Positions 39,050-52,665 of a stretch of 64,000 nucleotides of DNA are shown here, piece after piece. The notes beneath the pieces were generated by a model. The model worked only from the letters and a program-made list of their open reading frames with translations, made no database searches and had not been told where the DNA came from. The position numbers and the translations under genes are program-made. This DNA comes from Mobula hypostoma (taxonomy: Eukaryota): NCBI RefSeq assembly GCF_963921235.1, contig NC_086108.1, forward strand, positions 67,396,001 through 67,460,000. Direction: 5' to 3'. The number at the start of each line of letters is the position of its first letter. Position 1 is the first letter of the stretch.

Positions 39050-39960
39050 TATGTAGCATGACATCCTTATCCTTATAGTCAATGCTCCAATTCATGAAGA
39101 TAAGCCTTCTGTACACCTTGTTTGTCATCTTATCCATGTGCATAGCCATTTTTAATAAACTACATACCTGAATCCCAACTCCCTCTGAACCTCAATGGAA
39201 TTAAAGGGTTTACCATTAAATGTATACTTTCTCCTTTCATTTAATCTCTCTCTGCCTAACACCTCATACCTGCCCAGATTAAACTCCCATTTGGCAATTC
39301 TCTGCCCATATCTATAACTGATCTTCAGTTTATCCCACTGTATTCTCTGCTGGACCTATATACTGTCCACAACTCCAGTAATTTTGGTGTCAGCTGCCAA
39401 TTTGCGAATCCACCCATCTACATTTTCATCCAAATATAACAAATGGAGATCACAGCACCTATCCTTGCAGAACACCACGGGTGACAGATTTCCAGCCAGA
39501 ATAACTTCCTTCCACCCTTACTGTCTTCTATGCACAAGCCAGTACTGCATCCAAACTTGCAAATGGCCCTGGATCCCATGCGTCTTTTGATTCAATCTAC
39601 CATGAGATCCCATCATCTTTTGATTCAATCTACCATGAGAGAGCTTTCATATACCTTACTGAAGACCATGTGGGTAACATCCACTTTGTTAACCTTAACA
39701 AGCTCATTTGTCACCTTCTCAAAAAGTCTATCAAGTTTGTAGGTCATGACCTGCTCTACGCAAAGCCATGTTGACTCTTCCTAAGCAGCCATGCCTTTCC
39801 AAATGCACATAAGTCCTACCCCTCTGTATCTTCTCCAGTCCTCATCTCAGTGGTAACTTCTCTACTACTGGGTTGAGGCTCACTGGTTTATAATAACTTG
39901 GATTATTCCTATTTCCATTTGCAAACAAGGGCACAAGATGTGCTGCTCTCCAGTCCTCTG
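39050..39960 (-). mobile_element. Old CR1 LINE RT fragment
   Basis: Antisense 'gtgtcagctgccaattt' (KLAADT), 'caaagccatgttgact' (SQHGF), 'aggctcactggtttata' (YKPVSL). Confidence 0.75.
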
Positions 39961-40129
39961 GGATTTCATTTATTTCTGTGTACATTCAGCTATATCTCCA
40001 GCTCCTTGACCTGTTCTGTCAGGACTCGCAGGGCTCGCACTACCCACCAATGTACTCATCAGGGAGACTACTTCATCATACTATGTGCCATCAGGAAGGC
40101 AAAATGAGATTATATTCATAGCAATTTTA

Positions 40130-41335
40130 CCACCATTTCTGTGAATCCAGAGACACAAGGCACATGTAGCAGGGCACTCAGACCATAACAGACTACAAGT
40201 CCACCCTGTGTGTCAACAACAGTGACGCTTCTCTTCCTGATAGACTAAAATTCTTTTACACTCAGTTTGATGTACGGAATGACATGCCAGTGAGGAAGTC
40301 CTCTCCCCTCCCCAAGGAGCAGGCATTCTGTCTGGCCGCATCTGATGTGAGAAAGACTTGAGCCACGGCCAACCCATGTAAAGCTGTGCGGCCTGATACA
40401 TATCTGATTGGGTGCTGAGGGATTGTGCAGCTCAGCTCAGTCTGCAATTCTAACGGATATCTTCAACAGCTCACTGTCTCCACAGACTTCAAGGCAGCCA
40501 CCATCATTTCAGTGGCCAAGAGGGTGATAGCATCCTGCCTTAATGAATATCATCCAATGACTCTGACCTTGACAATAATGAAGTGCTTTGAGTGGCTGAT
40601 TATGGATCACATTAAATCTGATCTTCCTGCTACATGGGACCCTTTACAGTTTTCTTATTGCTCAGCTGACGATGCCATGTCCTGTGCCCTCCATTCCATC
40701 CTGTCCCATCTAGAAAATGGTGCCTCATACACCAGGTTGCTCTTCATCGACTTCAGCTCAGCATTTAATACAATCATCCCTTAGAAGGTGGTGGGCAAAC
40801 TTCCCTCATTGTGTCTCAGTACCTCACTGGATCTTGGATTTCTTGACACAATGACCACAATTAGTCCGTGTTGGCAGCAACATCTCTAGCTGCAGCACGC
40901 TGAGCACCGGTGCTCCCCAGGTCTGCATTCTCAGCCCACTGCTGTTCACACCGCTAATGTATGACTGCACTGCTAGATCCCGTTCAAACTGAACCATCAG
41001 GTTCGCTGATGACACAACAGTGGTTGGGTTCATCAACAAAGACAATGAGATGGTGTATAAAGGGGAGGCAGAGCAGCTGGTAGAATGGTGTGAGCACAAC
41101 AACTTGAATCTCAACATGGACAAGACTAAAGAGATGATTGTGAATTTAGGAAGGTGCAGGCTGACCACTCTTCACTGCACATGCTGAGAGAGAGAGTTAG
41201 AGAGAGAGTTAGAAGCACCAAGTTTCTGGGAGTTCACATAATGGGCACTCTCAGCTGGTCCTTCAACAGCACTTTTTCAATCAAGAAAGCACAGCAGCGT
41301 CTCCACTTCCTGAGGAGATTGAGGCAAGCTTTAAG
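40130..41335 (+). mobile_element. Rex1/Babar LINE RT fragment
   Basis: IMKCFE, DPLQF, RLLFIDFSSAFNTIIP, FADDTTVVG, KKAQQRLHFLRRL. Confidence 0.9.
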
Positions 41336-43189
41336 TCTGTGAATTTTGATTGAAACATAGATACCTCTTCACATGCTGAACATTTCCAGCATTTTCTGTT
41401 TTCACTTCAAAGTTGCTAGTCTTTACCCCCTCTATTTCTGTAGAATCCTCCAGCTCGCCATCCTTCTAAGAAATCTATACTTCCCCAGGTCTGCTTCTCA
41501 GCATTATCAATGTTAATCACTCTACACTGCCACACTCTGCCACTCGTTGGCACGCCCCTTCCTTCATTTAGATACTCTTTTAACCAACCACTTTGGCTTT
41601 GGTCATTTGCTCTAATACCATCATCCATGTATTTGTGCCAAGTTCAATTTGATGATGTCCTTGCAGAGTACTTCAATATATTTTGTTGAATTCAAGATAC
41701 CATTTAAGAATTTTCATTACTGCACTCAGAGGAGTCCCAAGAATGAAAAAACTAGCACCATTTTAACATCTCTGCAACTACTGCTGAATGAGAATGGAAT
41801 TAAAGTCTTGCCATTAACTAAAAATGACTTAATATTGTAGGATACTTAATTGCTTTTGACAGATGCACATATGAAATAGGAACTAAGTGAAATTAATCTG
41901 CAGTCTAGTGTGCTTAAAGAACTAAACCTTTCTAATCAGATACAGGTTAAGCACTCCTCCCTTGCTTAGTTCAACAGTATATCAGCGTCATCAATCATTT
42001 TGCTTTGTCTTGTGCCTATCTATCATTGTTCAGAGTTCTGCAAGGGGATAATATTAAAAGCTGGCCCTAGCCCAAACCGACCACAGCCAATCAAAATCTC
42101 ACATGTAACCCAGTACTTGGATTTTAGTCCATACCCAGCCTGACTTGATAGATATAAAATTAGTAAAACCAAACACACACACATTACAAATGTCCAATTT
42201 GAGTGCACTCCCATAATATTATGAATCTCAAAAGTCCAAAATACATTAATTCTTATTAAGAGCAGAACTGGTTTCCTGACTCTTTCCACTTAGCAGTTTT
42301 TCTTTCCTATCAGTTCTATGTGCTTTTGATGCCATTTGTTACCACACTGTGTGAGTGATTTTTGTGTATTTTCTGACAAAGTCCACTTATGGACATCTGC
42401 AAAAGTGGAATATATTTGTTACGCATGGAGGCCCTGTACTGAGCTTTATGAGGATAAAACACCAAATAATGATCATTATCAAAGGACATATGCAGTATAG
42501 AAGGAAAATCACTAACTTGATATAGCGCTAACAAACAAAACCTAAATGTTTTTATCAGAATGTACCCATAATCCAACCCTAATCCAACACAAATAGCTGG
42601 GTTTCATCTGGTTCACACTATAATGTCCAGATACAAGCAGTCACTTCTATTGCCTTGTCTTAAGTATGCAATATCCCTTCTCTTTGAGTTGTTTATCATA
42701 GCTTCTTCCCTCTATATCTCGATCTGGTAAACACATTCCTTATATTTTCTTCAGCAAATGAAATGGGGTAATTCAGTATATTTGACCTGATCAGTTCGTC
42801 ACCTTGTAAACAATTTTTAACCATTGGTATCTGCTCTTTCTCTGTATTAATTGTCATTGATTGTACATTGAACAATGTCTTACATCAGCTATGCTAGTAA
42901 AATCACAATATTGTGATATTCCTCTTTCATCATGTAGAATCGTTGGTGACAGAACCTTGGGAACCGAGCATTTAGTGTTCACTTGCAAGGTTCTGTAGAT
43001 TCTGCAACAGTTCCTATGGTTTGGAGGTATGCAATTGTGACACCAGTCACACTATCCCGAGTTAATGAAGGAGGGAGAGAGAAAACAGGGAACTATTGTC
43101 CAGTTAGGCTAAAGTCAGTAGTAGGGAAAATGATGGAATCAGAAATAAGAACAGTTAGATGACTAGAGTGAAAATCAGTAACAAAAAAG

Positions 43190-44013
43190 GTTTCAGTAAG
43201 TACATTTAATGTCAGTGAAATGCATATAATATACACCCTAAAATTTTTTCTTCGCAAACATCCGCAAAAACAGAGGAGTGCCCCAAAAAATGAATGACAG
43301 TTAAGCACTAGATCCCCAAAGCTCCCCCCAGCTCTCCCCCCAACGTACAAGCAGCAGCAAGGCAAAGACCCCCCCCCCACCACTAGCAAAGACCATCAGG
43401 GCCCTCCACTGAGCACTCAAGCGTGCAGCAAAGCATCAATAACAACATAGATTTGCAGTACCCCAATGACTACTCGTTCACCCAATAATTCAACATACCA
43501 TAGACTCTCTCTTTCCCTAATAAGGGAAAAGAGAGAGGGGAGAGCGAGGAGAGCCATAACAAACAATTTGCTGATTTATGATGTTAAAAGTCTGTTGCGT
43601 CGCTTTTTCCGAGCTCTACACCCAGACAGTCAGCCCCAGAAAGGCGCAGCTCTTTGTACACTCAACCCTTGGCAACTAGCCTGCTGCTCCCAATGTTCTG
43701 TTTTCTCCCACAAAGCTTCAATCAGGGCACCAGCCTAGAATCAGCACAAATCCAGAGCCACGAAAATCCAGAACCCCGAAGATGTGCTAGCCTTTCAGGC
43801 CGCATCCTTGGGGTATCAAAAAGTGGGCAGTTGTAAGGACCCAAGTGTGGGTCCCACTCCTGCAAAGTCAACGTGTAACTCCAGGTCAGGGTCTTCAAAA
43901 GAACCTTGAAAAGGAAAAAAAGAGATATCAAAGGTAGAAATAGAGCTGCTTCTGGAGATTCAGGCAAAGGAGTTGCTGTTTAGCGCCATCATGACTTTGC
44001 TCTACCTCTCCGG
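43190..44013 (-). mobile_element. Probable non-autonomous LINE derivative (non-coding)
   Basis: GC/CpG-richer 0.8-kb block; minus 5' end has an ATGATGGCGC (YY1-like) motif and the 3' end resembles Rex1-type UTRs ending ATTAAA. Confidence 0.45.
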
Positions 44014-45295
44014 AATAATAGCAGCAATATTGTTCACAGTATTTTAAGTAAATTCAAAACTTTTGACTAAAATGTAGAAAATAACTCCTGCAAGTGTTCA
44101 TACATGGGGCCCTTTTTTTCAAGTAGCTATGAAAGCTCTTCAGCCTGACTGACTTTATCTGGCTACAGAGAGTAGGTTAAAATACTTTTCATAAATAAAT
44201 GAAAAGTAATAAATCATCTGTTGACATTCAAGAAAAGCACATTGCAAATGAAGTTATATGAACAAAAATGGACATGTTCTTGTAGCTATTGAAGGTGTAC
44301 TGATTCATATCTCCTCGCTCAATTGCCAGATGAAAATTCTACCCAATAATTCTCAGCTCCTCCTCTATATCTTTAGTTACACCACAATCTTTTGTGCTTT
44401 CCCCAACACTTCTCTGCTGTTTTCACTGTAGGATAAATGCATCGTGCCAATAAACTGATATATCTCCATGCCCTGCAGCCAAAATCTGTCAGGATTTAAA
44501 TGGATCGGATTAAAAGTAAAGGGAGCAAGAATGTAGAAGTGAAATCTTACAGTCATACATTGTGAATCAATTTAAATAACTAATGCCACAATGCCATACT
44601 TCTAGAGAAAGGTATAACTAATGCCATAATACAATACTTTTACAGAAAAGCATAAGGTACCATACCACTGAGTATTCATCCAGGGTATCCACATTTTATT
44701 TTGGAATTTAAATTTTATATTAACATTTTCTATCTAGTTACTCAATTGACAATAGTTGATGTCTTCATGAGATGGTTATTTATTCTATAAATTTCGGAGA
44801 GCCTGAGAATGTACAAGGTTTCTGGGGCATTGGAGTATAGAGGTTCTGTTACAATAGTTGTCCTAATCCAGTCGAGGGTTCTATGTGTGTCCAGATCCAC
44901 ACCAATGTGCTTTACTGTTAAAAGCATAGCAAGGCTCTCAGTGAAAGGTCAATTAAGAACAGGTAATATTGTACATGATGTCATACTATAAATCCCCACA
45001 TCCAGTGATTAATAAAACTAATAGAGGCAAGATTCAGTGCTTCTACAACTTATATCCACATAGGTTTTGCTGCTATTATCTTAAGAAATATTGTGATGAT
45101 AGAAACTATGTATCATCCTCTTGCAAATGTGTATGCTCCATTTTTCCCTTTTTTTTGTAATTTCCATTACAAAAGAAATATTTTTCTACCCTCTTTGTGA
45201 ATTTTTCCATTCCATCCCTGATCAAGGGTACTGTGGGTAATCAAGTGGATATTCAATACTATCTTATCACACTTGGTGTCTAAATGGTTGTTGTG

Positions 45296-45491
45296 ATGTG
45301 TCCAGTATGGTAGTGTACTGGGTGGTGCTTGTCACTCTCACTTTCAGCCTTCAGCACTGGCTAGCAGTCTCACGAAAAAGAAAGCTGAATATGTACATCT
45401 CTCCCTGCCAGTACATAGCCTCATGTAGTCCCTCCTCGCTGGCGACACATGGAAACCGAACTCCTTTTGGATTCAGGCTGAACAACAGAGG
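45296..45491 (+). ncRNA. HDV-like ribozyme
   Basis: P1 ATGTGTC/GACACAT; L3 region CCTCCTCGCTGGCG; P1.1 CC/GG; P4 hairpin 45456-45477; J4/2 CTGA; P2 45419-29/45482-91. Confidence 0.8.
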
Positions 45492-45896
45492 ATGGGGAGG
45501 AGGTCAGGCCCCTGCACACGTAGCACACTGGCCCACCAGTGTGGGACACACCCTGGTGCTCATGAACCAGATCCCCAGCTATGGGTAAACAGCCCCACTG
45601 CTTGTGGGCAGCCTTGGGAGAAGCGAAGGCAATGGGAGTAAACCCAGACAGTAAAATCAGAGTGGAGCCCCTAAGGCAGTGAGACATCATAGAACATCCT
45701 TCCAAAAGCTCCTGCAGTCAAGCTGGTGCCAAACAAATTGTTTCACAAGCTTTCCTTTGGACTACACTGGTGAGACCAAGAGGGGGATCTGGATGACTGG
45801 GCATCTCAGGTTCTCCACACCTACCGACCAGGCTCGTGATGGTGATCATCATCACCCATTGTCCTTCGAGACAGACAGATGCCAACCACAACAACA
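45296..45896 (+). mobile_element. Non-coding RTE-derived element (5' UTR fused to 3' tail)
   Basis: Starts at an HDV-like fold; ends with RTE-type tail 'cccattgtccttcgagacagacagatgccaaccacaacaac'; no RT ORF. Confidence 0.7.
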
Positions 45897-47269
45897 TTAT
45901 TACAGTTGTATTGAAATACCAATGTCACAAGAAGTTTGAAGTTTACACTTAACTTTCTAGAGAGGAGACACAACTGAGTTCTGGAAAGTTTGATATTGTA
46001 TGTCAGACACATTATAATGCTGAGATTTCTGGACCAATTCTGCATAAATGTCAGCCTGGGATAGTTTAAACTAAAACTAAATTAAAAAAAAACAGTGGTC
46101 TGAAAATGCTCCTGTGTCAGGTAAGAGCATTTTCAGTCAATTGCTATCAACTTTCCTACTATCTTATCCTTGTCCTTTTCAGATAACATACGTGCAGTGG
46201 GATTTTGAACAGGACATGAGTAATGCCATGATTTCATAAAGATCCAACCCTCCTTCGAAGTTTCTGACCACAATTTCAAAATATAAATGACTCTCACCAA
46301 CCTGCTCAAAATGTATTAATCAATTTTAAGTTGTATTGCTGCTTTACTTTTTACATTGTTGAATTTCACAAGGCCAATTCATAACATTTTCAAAGTTTTG
46401 AATTGCTTTCATAGTTTGAATAATTTTTTCATAACTTTAAATCTTTCTGAACATCAAAAACATTCATAATTTTTGAAAACACTGACAGTCAGCTTAACCA
46501 GGAGTTGGGTTAGCAATCTGTTGAAATATTTCCAATTGATTTGTCGGTATCTATCATTCCCACTTCACTTACCCAACTTTGCTCCACGTTTCTAACTCAG
46601 TCGTAGGAATTGAATCAATATCCACAGTCTCATGAAAAGAATTCTAGATTCTAGGATAAAGCCAACATCAATAACGCCAGACACTGTAACAACCGAGATA
46701 ATGCACGGAATTAGGTGGATTAAAGGCGCAAAAAGAATAAAATGATAATGATTATATAATCAAAAATAAAAAGTGAAACAGCATTTAAAGAGAATCAGAA
46801 CAGTCAGACTTGAAGAATTGTGTCTAATCTTCAAGATATAGTGGGGATTAAATATTTTGTTAAAGTTTTTACAAATGATTGTGAACATAAATGTATATTA
46901 ATCTATATAAAAGCTATTAAAAGATTAGTGGAGTCAATTTCAGAAATAAAATTATGACTTTAAAAAAAATCATCTGAGCTAAATGTATGTACTTCAAAAA
47001 GAAGATACTCTATGCTGTTGAAAAATGTAGGAGGGAACAGAGACTATAGCACAATGCTTCCTTCATTATATAACAACTAAAAGGACTACAGTTACAGGGA
47101 TGGAGAGAAAATTAACTGATGTAACAAATATTCATATTATGAGTTGTTGGCAATCAAGTATCAATAGTTCAAGACAAAATACATCTTCTAAATGGTTTAA
47201 AATAGCATTGATTAATCATTTAAAAGACAAAACATAATTAATCAAAGTAGTAATCGTATTGTTGAGCAC

Positions 47270-48570
47270 CTTGGTCATCTCTGAGGCTGAAGCACGTAGG
47301 TGTTTTCAATGAGTGAACAGCCGCAAGGCTGCGGAACTGGACGGTATCCCAGGGCGGGTAATCGGAGTGTGCGCAGCACAGCTGGCTGGTGTGTTTGCAG
47401 GCATTTTTAATCTCACCCTTTCCCAGTGTACAGTGCCCTCCTGCTTCAAAACATCCTCCATTGTTCCTGTACCTAAAAAGACCACGGTAACATGTCTGAA
47501 CGACTGGCATCCTGTCACACTTGCCTCAATATTAAGCAAATGTTTTGAAAGGCTGGTCAAGGACTACATCTGCAGCTTGCTACCACCCACACTGGACCCC
47601 CTACAATTTGCCTACTGACACAACCAATCGGCAGGTGACACAACAGCCACAGCTCTACACACCATCCTTATGCACCTGGAGAGGAGGGGTGCTTATGTAA
47701 GAATGCTGTTCTTGGATTATAGTTCAGCATTCAACATCATAGTTACCTTCAGGCTTGACAAGAAGCTCAGAGACATCGGCCTTCACCCTGCTTTGTGCAA
47801 CTGAATCCTACACTTCCTGTCAGATCGCCGGCAGGTGGTAAGTGTGGGCTCCCTCACCTCAGCCCCTCTGACCCTCAACACAGTGCAAAAACAAAGGAGG
47901 TGTTTGTGGACTACAGGAGGAATGGAGACAGACTCACCCCTATTGACACCTATGGATCTGGGGAAGAGAGGGTGAACAGCTTCAAGTTCCTCAGTATACA
48001 CATCACCGAGGATTTCACTTGGTCTGTACATACCGGCTGTGTGTACCTCTTTCACTTCAGATGGTTGTAGAAGTTCAGCATGAGTCCCCAAATCCTAAGG
48101 ACTTTCTACAGGCGCACAATTCAGAGCATCTTGACCGGCTGTATCACTGCTTACTATGGGAACTGTACTTCCCTCAAGTGCAGGACTCTGCAGAGAGTGG
48201 ACAGCCCAGCGCATCTGTGGAAGTGATCTTCCCACTATTCAGGACATTTACAGTGACACGTGCGTAAGAAGGGCCTGAAAGATCACTGGAGACCTGAGTC
48301 ACCCCAACCACTGTTCCAGCTGCTACCGTCTGGGAAACAGTCCTGCAGCATTAAAGCCAGGACCAACAGGCTCTGGGACAGCTTCTTCCACCAGGCTGAT
48401 TAATTCACACTGATACCATTGTATTTCTAAGCTATATTAACTGTTCTGTTGTATATCTTACTGTACATACTATTTATTACAGATCACTGTAATTTGCACG
48501 TTGCACATTCAGAGAGAGATGTAACGTAAAGATTTTTACTCCTCACGTATGTGATGGATGTAAGAAATAG
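47270..48570 (+). mobile_element. Rex1/Babar LINE, internally deleted
   Basis: KAAELDGIPG, FNLTLSQCTVPSCFKTS.IVPVPKK, KCFERLV, LDPLQFAY; terminal LLPSG..RTNRL..SFF. Confidence 0.9.
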
Positions 48571-48670
48571 AAACATAGAAAAACTACAGCACAACACAGG
48601 CTCTTTGGCCCACAATGCTGTGCCAAACATGTACTTACTTAGAAATTACCTAGGGTTACCCATAGCCCTC
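48568..48670 (-). mobile_element. CR1 3' tail fragment
   Basis: atagaaacatagaaaa..cagcacaa..caggc, the antisense of the tail at 49500-49562. Confidence 0.8.
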
Positions 48671-49189
48671 AATTCAATTCAAATAAAGTCAATTCATAGA
48701 AAAGAAATATTTTTAAAGATCTGAATGTATAATCTCTGATGTAATATGAAGTACTTAACCCCACAGTTAACTTCTATCTGTATCTTCTTCTGATTCCATG
48801 TCACTAATCTTCATATTCTTCCATCCTCAGTTACCCTTTCTTCCACATTAGTGACAGAGTACCCATGATCAAATGGTGACTATTTTCTGCAAGGTGATTG
48901 ATATCTGTGGAACTGTACCCTGTCAAAATCGTGGGAACACAACTGTGGGGCAATACTAAATGCCATCATTGGCCAAGCGAAGCAAGTACGGCCACTTTGT
49001 CAGAACCTTTGCCATAATGTGATCGAACAATAAAGTAACAGTAAGGATGGTAAAGATCATCAATAAAAAGGAGAGGATTTAACATTAATAACAAAAAAGT
49101 CTGATTCAACAGCACTGATTTAAAGATAACGTTGGGGCAAGAAATCAAATGAGAATGGCAGTATGGGAGCAAGGCACCAAATCAATTAA

Positions 49190-49231
<42 letters not shown>
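49190..49231. repeat. (TG)n microsatellite
   Basis: About 20 TG units with one CG interruption. Confidence 0.97.
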
Positions 49232-49233
<2 letters not shown>

Positions 49234-49399
49234 CTCTGCTACTTGGCTGACTTCACACACATCTGATGTTTTTTTTCCAGTTACTCTAGTTACACAAACG
49301 GTCTAAAAGCTTCTTGGAGACTCAGTTTCCAGATTCCCACAATTAATGCTATGAAACTGACTCTTTGAGCATAGAAACTCTCCAACTATCAACAGATTC

Positions 49400-49562
49400 G
49401 ATAAGGTATTTTAAGAGATTCCTGGATAGGTACATGGAGCTTAGAAAAATGGAGGGCTATGGGTAACCCTAGGTAATTTTTAAGGTAAGGGCATGTTCGG
49501 CACAGCTTTGTGGGCCAAAGAGCCTGTATTGTGCTGTAGGTTTTCTATGTTTCTATGTTTCT
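49400..49562 (+). mobile_element. CR1 3' end fragment
   Basis: FKRFLDRYMELRKMEGYG*; (TTTCTATG)n tail. Confidence 0.85.
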
Positions 49563-49756
49563 AGATCAGTCATTGGCTATGCTAAGTGATATCAATCTGG
49601 TTTACAAGCTTTCTTGAACTAAATGACTTAGCCAGCTTGTCTGGTTTGAAAGAACCCCAACTAAATAACCCATTGTCTTACACTGCAGCCCTTGAGAAGT
49701 CAGTCCAAGTGCTGTGCATTCTATAGAGACTGTGTCTGTTTGCAAAGCTGTCCTTT

Positions 49757-50075
49757 CATAGTCATAGTAGTCATAGTCATACTTTATTGATCCCGGGGGA
49801 AATTGGTTTTCGTTACAGTTGCACCATAAATAATAAATAGTAATAGAAACATAAATAGTTAAATAGTAATATGTAAATTATGCCAATAAATTATGAAGTA
49901 AGTCCAGGACCAGCCTATTGGCTCAGGGTGTCTGACCCTTCAAGGGAGGAGTTGTAAAGTTTGATGGCCACAGGCAGAAATGACTTCCTATGACGCTCTG
50001 TATTGCATCTCGGTGGAATGAGTCTCTGGCTGAATGTACTCCTGTGCCCACCCAGTACATTATGTGGTGGATGGG
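49757..50075 (-). mobile_element. Rex1/Babar LINE 3' end
   Basis: Antisense RHRKSFLPVAIKLYN, AATAAA, (GACTAT)n tail. Confidence 0.75.
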
Positions 50076-51632
50076 ATACTGATTATTGCTTGCCATTTAC
50101 ATTAGGAACTGAAGACTGGCTCTGCTTATGGCAAAAAGTTAAACAAAGAATATTAGTTGGAAACTTAACTTACACAAAAACAATGTTTTGATCCCGAGAA
50201 GTGTTAGCTGCTGTGTTTAGAAAGCTGAGATTGGAAGATGACCCCTGGCATAGGAAGTGAATATACATCTTATAGGTTCTAGGGGACTAGTATGTAATTT
50301 CCCCCATTTCTTTCCAGCGTTGAAGGTAATTTTAGCCCACTGAGTCCATGCAGTTTTAGAACCTAATCCTATTCCCTTAATAATTTTTCTCATCCACTAT
50401 TCTTAGACTTTATCACTCAACCACATTGAGAGCACTTTACAATTAACTTACCAGCCAATATAACTTTAGGATGAGAAGAAATTGGAGATGCAGGCTCTCT
50501 TGGAGGATCTGAAACATAGCAGCAGGATCTTTGTGACAGATTGAAGCATTGCATTAGGCTGACTATGAGAGTACAGAGTGTGGTCCAAATCAAGCTTCCC
50601 CAAATTTGTATTAGAAGCCTTAAATAGAGAACAGAAGAGCACGGAAAATAAAATATGTATTTATATTATAGAATTAAAATCAAAATTTAGACTTTGAAAC
50701 ATTCTGCTGTTCTGAATAGATATATACCCAAAAGCTGTCCTTTCTGTGTTTTCAGAAGAATGACCTGAAAAAGAGAAATGCAATCTTTTGACAGTTATGA
50801 ACTACAACAATGTTTACACAGACTAATTTAATGAACTGCACTCACATTTTTCCAAATAAGAAACCAGGGTGGCCTATAATTATCTGGATGCACTAAACAT
50901 TGATACAGTGTTACATCTTATTATTCACTTACAATAATCATACTTATAAAAGAAGCTATTTAACATTGTCTACATTTTAGCAGTAAATATGTTGTCTTTT
51001 GCTCCCTGTTATGAGTAAATTTACTTCATGAAAGTCATGTTTCCAAAGACTTAAAGCACTTCTGTTTAAAAATAACTCATCTGAAATAAAATCAACATGC
51101 TGAAAGCCATGGATATGCTGATGTATCTCAGAAGTATGAAACTTAATTATTGTGGAGATGATTAGTTAAAGATACATTGACAGTCTTTAATTTCTGTCAT
51201 CTTTTCACATTCAGGCATTCACCAAAGGAGTCTATTTTTCTGCAGACAGGGTATTACAGTAAGATATACAAAACCTAGTAGATGGTAATCAGAAGGATTT
51301 AAGTTTCTTCTCCCCTTTTTATGCATGTTTAGGAAAAACTAGCATGATGATAACCAGACAATGTCAAGAACATCTTTCTTTCTATTAAATATGTCAGTTT
51401 ATTCAACTCATATACTCCCCTCAAATTAAGTGAGATTTTATCAGTTCTAACTCAGGCTATCCAGTAGTATCGTGAATGTATTTGATTTACATTGATAGTT
51501 TATTGGATGTTCTATAGTAATATATATTTATACCCTTTGAACAGTTTGAATATTGTTAATTTAACATACTGTATATCCTCGGAGAATATTGAAACACTGA
51601 CACATACTTTTAAACCATACTGATTACCTGTC

Positions 51633-52550
51633 GTAAACACAAGAGATTCTGCAGATGCTGAAAATCCAGAATAACATACACAAAATGCTGGAGGAATTCA
51701 GCAGGTTAGGCAGTACCTATGGAGAGGAATAAACAGCTGATGATTTGGCTCAAATCCCTTCCTAAAACACAGTCTATTTATTCCTCTCCAAAGATGAACA
51801 ATTATGAGAGGTTTCAATAAGATAGGTAGTTGAGTCTGTTTCTCGTGGTAGCAGTGCCTAGACTTAAGGTAAAATGGAGGTTGTTTAAAGGTAATTTTTT
51901 TTCATATAGTGTAGTTGGAATAAGCTGCCAGAAGAAGCGGTGGTGGCAGGAACAGTAACAACATTTGAAAGGCATTTGGAGGGATACCTGAATGAGCAAG
52001 GCATAGAGGCACACAGAATTAATGCTGGCAAGTGGAAATAATATAGATAAGTATTATAGACTTCATAGACATAGTGGGCTATTGGCTAAAGAAATTCTAA
52101 AGGGCTTTCCCTCTATTCTGAGGCTGTGCCCTTTGGTCCTAGACTCTCCCACTATTGCAAACACCCTCTCCACATCAACTCAATACTTTCAATATTCAGC
52201 AGATTTCCATGAGATTCCCCCCTCATTCTGGTAAACTAAAGTGAGTCCAGGCCAAGCGCCATCAAACGCTCCTTTCGTTCCCAGAATCATTCTCATAAAT
52301 CTTCTCTGAAATGTCTCCAATGCCAGCACATCCTTTCTTAGACTTGGAAGCCAAACTGTTCACATTAGTCTGAATGTGGTCTGACCAGTGCCTTGTAAAG
52401 TCTCACCAAAGCATCCTTGCATTCATATTCTGTTGCCCTTGAAATGAACATCAGCATTGCATTTGCCCTCCTTACTACTGACTCAAATGGCAAGTTAACT
52501 TTTAGGGAATCCTACACTAGGACTTCCAAGACCCATTGTACCTCCAGTTC
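51633..52550. mobile_element. Cluster of a PLE end (51633-51795, minus) and CR1 3' fragments (~51800-52020 plus, ~52090-52550 minus)
   Basis: Similarity to other copies in this window. Confidence 0.65.
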
Positions 52551-52665
52551 ATGTACACTCCCTTCAATGTGAAAGCCACTGTAATTTTACAGATCTTCCC
52601 TCAGACGTTATGTGTCATTAACTCATTTTCACTTTTTGCAAACTCTTATTGGCAGCTTTTGCTTA

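Noticed and set aside
39587..39640. Short direct duplications (also 27941-27983) superficially like CRISPR repeats
   Set aside because: Only two units, eukaryotic context; ordinary local tandem duplications
44345..44520. Splice-acceptor-like sites on both strands
   Set aside because: All frames close before a good donor
48568..49562. Inverted pair of ~100-bp repeats resembling TIRs
   Set aside because: Two independent CR1 3' tails in opposite orientation; no shared TSD or transposase
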